A stretch of 64,000 nucleotides of DNA. It comes from the human T2T-CHM13v2.0 reference genome, Homo sapiens. The notes under the pieces are model-generated. The model ran no database searches. It was not told the DNA's origin and saw nothing but the letters and a program-made list of their open reading frames with translations. Each line of letters starts with the position of its first letter. Positions within the stretch are counted from its first letter, which is position 1. The translations under genes and the position numbers were made by a program. The stretch lies in assembly GCF_009914755.1 (NCBI RefSeq), contig NC_060927.1. One strand, 5' to 3'. Shown here one piece after another: positions 59,411-64,000 of this stretch.

Positions 59411-60103
59411 TGTTGAAGATAAGGGAAGAGATCACTTCCTGCCCCACACTCTTGTCCTTGTCTTTTCTTAGAACATTTACTCCTAGAAAACTTGTAATGG
59501 TAAATTATCTGTCTCCTTAAAATATATGCTAATCCTCTTTAAAGCTAAATAAGCCTCTTGCCACATTTCTGACCCAGGAACATCTTTTTCAAGGACTTGG
59601 AAGCCATTTCTTTGAAATGTAATTATCAAGGAAGACAGAGTCCCTATCTGCTGGTTTCTGTGGAAGGCTAGGAGCTGAAAGGGATGGAGCTTAACTTTTG
59701 TGGGCACTTAACTCCAAGTTTCAAAACTACCTCTTCCCACAAAAATATGAGAAGTTTCTTGTTTCCTTGAGTAAAGCCAGTTAGCAAAGATGACCACCTC
59801 AGTTATGAGGTGAATTTTGAATGAACCATGTATGATTAATGGTGTTATCGATTTCACTCTCTTGTGGAGTGGTTACTGTTTATTTTGAGAACTTGTGTGC
59901 AGTGGGTTGTATCTGCTTTGTTATATCAAAGGGCGAGCTTTCATTCTGTTTTTGCAATTTCATTAGTGGATTGCCTGTGATGCATATAATATTCTGCTTT
60001 AGTGCTTATTCAACAACACAATTGTTTTTCTTTCTCTTCTACCCTTGGGCAGAGTCTTTATGGGTTGAGAGAAGATTTTGTTTTTAATTACATTTCACCA
60101 ACA
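59411..60103 (+). mobile_element. MER67-like ERV1 LTR
   Basis: tgttg...agaacatttactcctagaaaacttgtaat...gccatttctttgaaatgtaattatcaaggaaga...ccaaca. Confidence 0.8.
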
Positions 60104-60325
60104 ATTCTGTCATGATATCAGGTAGTCCCTGAATTGAGGAGACTAGCTGAAGGTCTGTCTCTAGCCACACAAGTCAGGTAAGAGACTCTGAATTACCAAC
60201 AGTTTCTCACCTCTCTTCTCTGTTGGAATGCTGCCTGAATGACCTACTCTCTGCGAGTTCAATATTTTACTGAATAAGCATGGGCAATACGGGTTCTAAA
60301 ATCCCAATAGGATCATTATATGGTC
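60104..60325 (+). mobile_element. Probable ERV internal leader and start of gag
   Basis: Follows the LTR without a TSD; CAG|gtaaga donor at 60178; ATG GGC AAT ACG GGT TCT at 60280. Confidence 0.4.
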
Positions 60326-60985
60326 AGAAAATAAATAAAATATCTAGAAGTAAACCTAATCAAAAAAGTGAAATGTCTCTAAAATGAAAATTATAAAAAA
60401 TTTATCAACAAATTGAAGAGGACACAAAAAATGGAAAGATATTCCAGGTTCATGAATTAGAGAAATCAATATGGTTAAAACATCCATACCACCCAAAACA
60501 ATCTACGAATTAAATGCAATTCAAATAAAAATACCAATGACATTCTTCACAGTAATTTTAAAAAATGCTAAAATTTACATAGAACCACAAAAGACCCAGA
60601 ATAGCCAAAGCCATCCTTAGCAAAAAGAACAATACTGGAGGAATCACATTACCTAACTTTAAATTATACCGCACCTAACTTTAAATTATAGTAACCAAAA
60701 CAGCATGGTTCTGGCATAAAAACAGGCCCGTAGACCAATGGAACAGAATAAAGAACCCAAAAACAAATCCATACGTCTACAGCAAACTCATTTTCAACAA
60801 AGGTGCCAAGAACATATATTGGGGAAAGGACAGTCTCTTCAATAAATTGTGCTGAGAAAACTAGACATCCATATGCAGAAGAATGAAACCAGACCCTATC
60901 TCTCTCCATATACAAAAATCAAGTCAAAATGGATTAAAGACTTAAATCTAAGACTGAAACTATTAACTGCTAAAAAATAATAAAA
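60326..60985 (+). mobile_element. L1 (L1MA/L1PB-like) ORF2 internal fragment
   Basis: aaatggaaagatattcc...agacccagaatagccaaagccatcc...aaatggattaaagacttaaat. Confidence 0.9.
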
Positions 60986-60987
60986 AA

Positions 60988-62486
60988 TGTAGAAGCTACA
61001 GCATGTTGAAAATCTAGCTAAGATCATTGATAAAGGTGGTTACACTAAACAGCAGATTTTCAATATAGACAAAACAGTCTTACATTGGAAGAAGTTGCCA
61101 TGTAGGTTGCTCATAGCTAAAAATGCTTGCTTTCACAGTTGCAAAAGGTAGGCTTACTCTCCTGTTAGGAGTGAATGCAACTGGTGATTTTAAGTGGAAG
61201 CTAATGTTCATTTATCATTTTAACAAATGATTTATGGCCCTTTTAGAATTATGCTAAATCTACTTAATCTGTGCTCTATAAAGGTAACAACAAAACCTGG
61301 ATGATAATAAATCTGTTCAAATATTTTAAGTATGTTGAGACCTACTGCTCAGGAATACAAAAAAATAATTCCTTTCAAAATATTACTGTTCATTGACAAT
61401 GCACCTGGTCATCCAAGAACTGTAATGCAGATGTGTAAGGAGATTAATGTTGCTTTCATGCATGCTAACACAACATCTATTCTGCAGTTTTTGGATGAAA
61501 GAGTAATTTTGCCTTTCAAGTCTTATTATTTAAGAAATGAATTTTGTAAGGCTATATCTGCCATAGAGAGTGATGTTTCTGATGGATCTTGGCAAAGTAA
61601 AGGTGGCAATCTTTTGGAAAAGATTCACCTAGATGTCTAGATGTCATTAAGAACTTTCATGACACATGGGAGGAGGTCAATATATCAACATTAACAGGAG
61701 TTTGGAAGAAGTTGATTCTAATCTTCACAGATGATTTTGAGGGGTTCAAGGCTCCAGTCGAGTAAGTGATAGATGAGGTACTGGAAATAGCAAGAGAAGC
61801 AGAATTAGAAATGGAGCCTAAAGATGGAACTGAATTGTTTCAATCTTCTGATAACCTTTGAATGGATGAGAAGTTGCTTCTTACGAATGAGGAAGTAAAG
61901 TGGTTTCTTGAGAATGGAATCTACGCCTGGTGATAATGCTGTGAACCTTGCTGAAAGGAGAACAAAACATTTAGAGTATTACATCAACTTATTAGATAAA
62001 GCAGAAGCAAACTTTGGGAAGACTAAACCAAATTTTGAAAAAAAAAAGTCATGTCTATTGTAGGTAAAATGCTGTAAGACAGCATCGCATGCTATCTCAT
62101 GAAAGGAAGAGTGAAGCTATGTGGCTAATTTCACTGTTGCTTCTTTTAAGAAATTGCTATAGCAACCCCAACCTTCAGCAAGTAACAACTCTATCAGTAG
62201 GCAGCCATTAACATTAGAACAAGACCCTCCACCAGCAAAAAAATTACAACTTACTAAAGGCTAAAATGATCATTAGTACTTTTTAGCAATAAAGTATCTT
62301 AAAATTAAAGCATGCACACTTTTTAGAAATAATGCTATTGCATACTTAATAGGACTACAGTATAGTGTAAATATAACTTTTATATGTACTGGGAAAACAA
62401 AAACAAATGTGAGAATTGCTTCATTGCAATATTCACTTCATTGTAGTTGTGTGGAACTGAATTCACATATCTCTGAAGCATGCCTG
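60988..62486 (+). mobile_element. Tigger1 DNA transposon, 5'-truncated, with decayed transposase
   Basis: ORF 61332-61640 gives [19 protein letters not shown]...HANTTSILQ (pogo/Tigger DDE region); right TIR ctctgaagcatgcctg followed by TA. Confidence 0.93.
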
Positions 62487-62625
62487 TATATTTAGATATT
62501 CAGGATTTTGTGGTAGTTATTAATAAGGTAGGTTAGATAAATTGGTCTTAGAATGTTGAACCATCTTTGGATACCTGAGAAAACCCTCCTTGATCTTTAT
62601 TATCTGTTTATATGGTGTTGGGTTT

Positions 62626-63100
62626 TGTTCTAGTTTTCTATCGTCATGTAAAGAATCACAAACCTAGCAACTTAAAACAACATGGGTTCATTCTTTTACT
62701 GTTTCTTTGGGTCATGGTCTAGATGCAGTGTTAACTAGGTTTCTTGATAAAGTGTCTCACAAATTTGGAATCTAGGTGTCAGTCAGACTACATTCTGTTC
62801 TATAGCGTAGGCCTCTCTTTCATGCTCATTTTGCTATTGGCAGAATTCAATTCCTTATGGTTAGGCATATAAGGTTTTCGCATTCTTGCTATTTGTCAAA
62901 AAGGGGACCCTCAGTTCCTGGCCATCTCCATACTTCTTGCAACATGGGTCTTTCATAGGTCTTCTCAGAATACAGCAGTTTCAGCAGTTTACTTCTTTTA
63001 GTAAGCATTTTTACTTGTATACATCCAGTATAGTATTTTTTTTTTAACTCAAAGTCAACTGCTTTCAAACCATTACATCTGCAAAATCTCTATGTCATGC
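62626..63100 (-). mobile_element. MLT1E/F-like MaLR LTR
   Basis: cacaaacctagcaacttaaaacaac...ttggcagaattcaattcctt...aactcaaagtcaactg...ttacatctgcaaaatc. Confidence 0.65.
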
Positions 63101-63109
63101 AAATTGTTA

Positions 63110-64000
63110 TTCTGTAGTTTACTTCCATTATAATGTCTTTGGTTTTGGTAGCAGTGTAATATTGGCCGTACATAATGAATTATGATTCAATATCCACTGT
63201 TCAGTGTTTGGTATATTTTGTAGTGTTTATATTATTTTTTAAATTAAGCATTTGGTAGAAATCACCACTGAAGCCATCAAAGGCGGGACTTTTGGTGCAA
63301 GATTTAAGTACGGTTTCAATTAATGTAATTGCTGTAAAGCTGTTAAAGTCTATCAGTTTGCTTCTGAGTAATCTGTCATCATTTTGGCTTTTCAATGAAG
63401 TTTTTTCATTTTTCCTAAATTATTTATTAGCATAAAGTTATTAATATTTCTATAATTTTAATATGTATAGAGCCTAGGAATGGGATCTCTTTCATTTCTG
63501 ATCTTGATAACTTGTTTTCTCTATATTTTTTCTTACTTTGTTTCATTTTAGGTACACTGATTTTACTATTTTGTTTTTTCAACAAACCGGCTTAAGTTTC
63601 ATTGATTTTCTCTGTTGTGCTGTTTTTCTGTTTTCCATTTCATTCATTTCTACTTTGATTTTTTCCACTTTATTTCTTGTACCCCCATTTTGCAACTAAT
63701 ATGCTCTTCTTTCTTACATTACAACTTGAGATTCCCGATTTGAGAGTTTTTTTTCAAATTTCGGGGTTCAGTGTTACAAATTTCCCCACTAAATATTGCT
63801 TTAGTGGCATGCCACAGTTTGCTGTGCTGTTTTCATTTTAATTCAATTCAAATGACTTTCTATCGTCCCTTGTGATTTTCCTTTGACTCATAAATTCTTT
63901 AGAAATGTGGTAGTTAATTTTCAAATATTTGGAGATTTGATTTCCAAATATTATTTTCTGTTAATGATTTATGATCTAATTCCTTTGTACTCAGAGAACA
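63110..64000 (-). mobile_element. Old L1M ORF2 fragment (runs off the window)
   Basis: ttggtagaaatcaccactgaagccatc; aaatttccccactaaatattgctttag. Confidence 0.7.

Noticed and set aside
61332-61640. TIGD/CENPB-like domesticated gene
   Set aside because: Short open stretch within a decayed, truncated Tigger1 with surrounding stops and frameshifts.

Overview
AT-rich primate (most likely human) genomic DNA that looks intergenic or deep-intronic. It is dominated by interspersed repeats: about 12 Alu copies or pieces; two long L1s with recognisable target-site duplications (a full-length L1PB-type on minus at 3.5-11.5 kb and an L1MD-type on plus at 37.2-43.8 kb); many L1/L2/MIR fragments; a dense set of ERV LTRs (LTR22/HML-5, LTR2, LTR2B, MER50, an LTR8-like element, THE1D, MSTB, MLT2, MER67 and others); and DNA transposons (near-full-length Hsmar1, 5'-truncated Tigger1, MER30, MER53). 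I recognise no intact protein-coding gene, RNA gene or CRISPR array; almost all ORFs in the track are repeat-derived or chance. I cannot support a new biological system here. The best leads are: (i) a pair of in-frame candidate minus-strand exons separated by a 93-nt GT-AG intron at 48.8-49.1 kb; (ii) two unrelated solo LTRs that each carry a tRNA primer-binding site inside their target-site duplication; (iii) a palindrome/(TA)n-associated non-retrotranspositional capture of a truncated AluY at 50.9-51.3 kb; (iv) an Hsmar1 relic that keeps the splice acceptor used by SETMAR. Family and subfamily names come from my recollection of consensus sequences, not from a database search, and boundaries of old elements are approximate.
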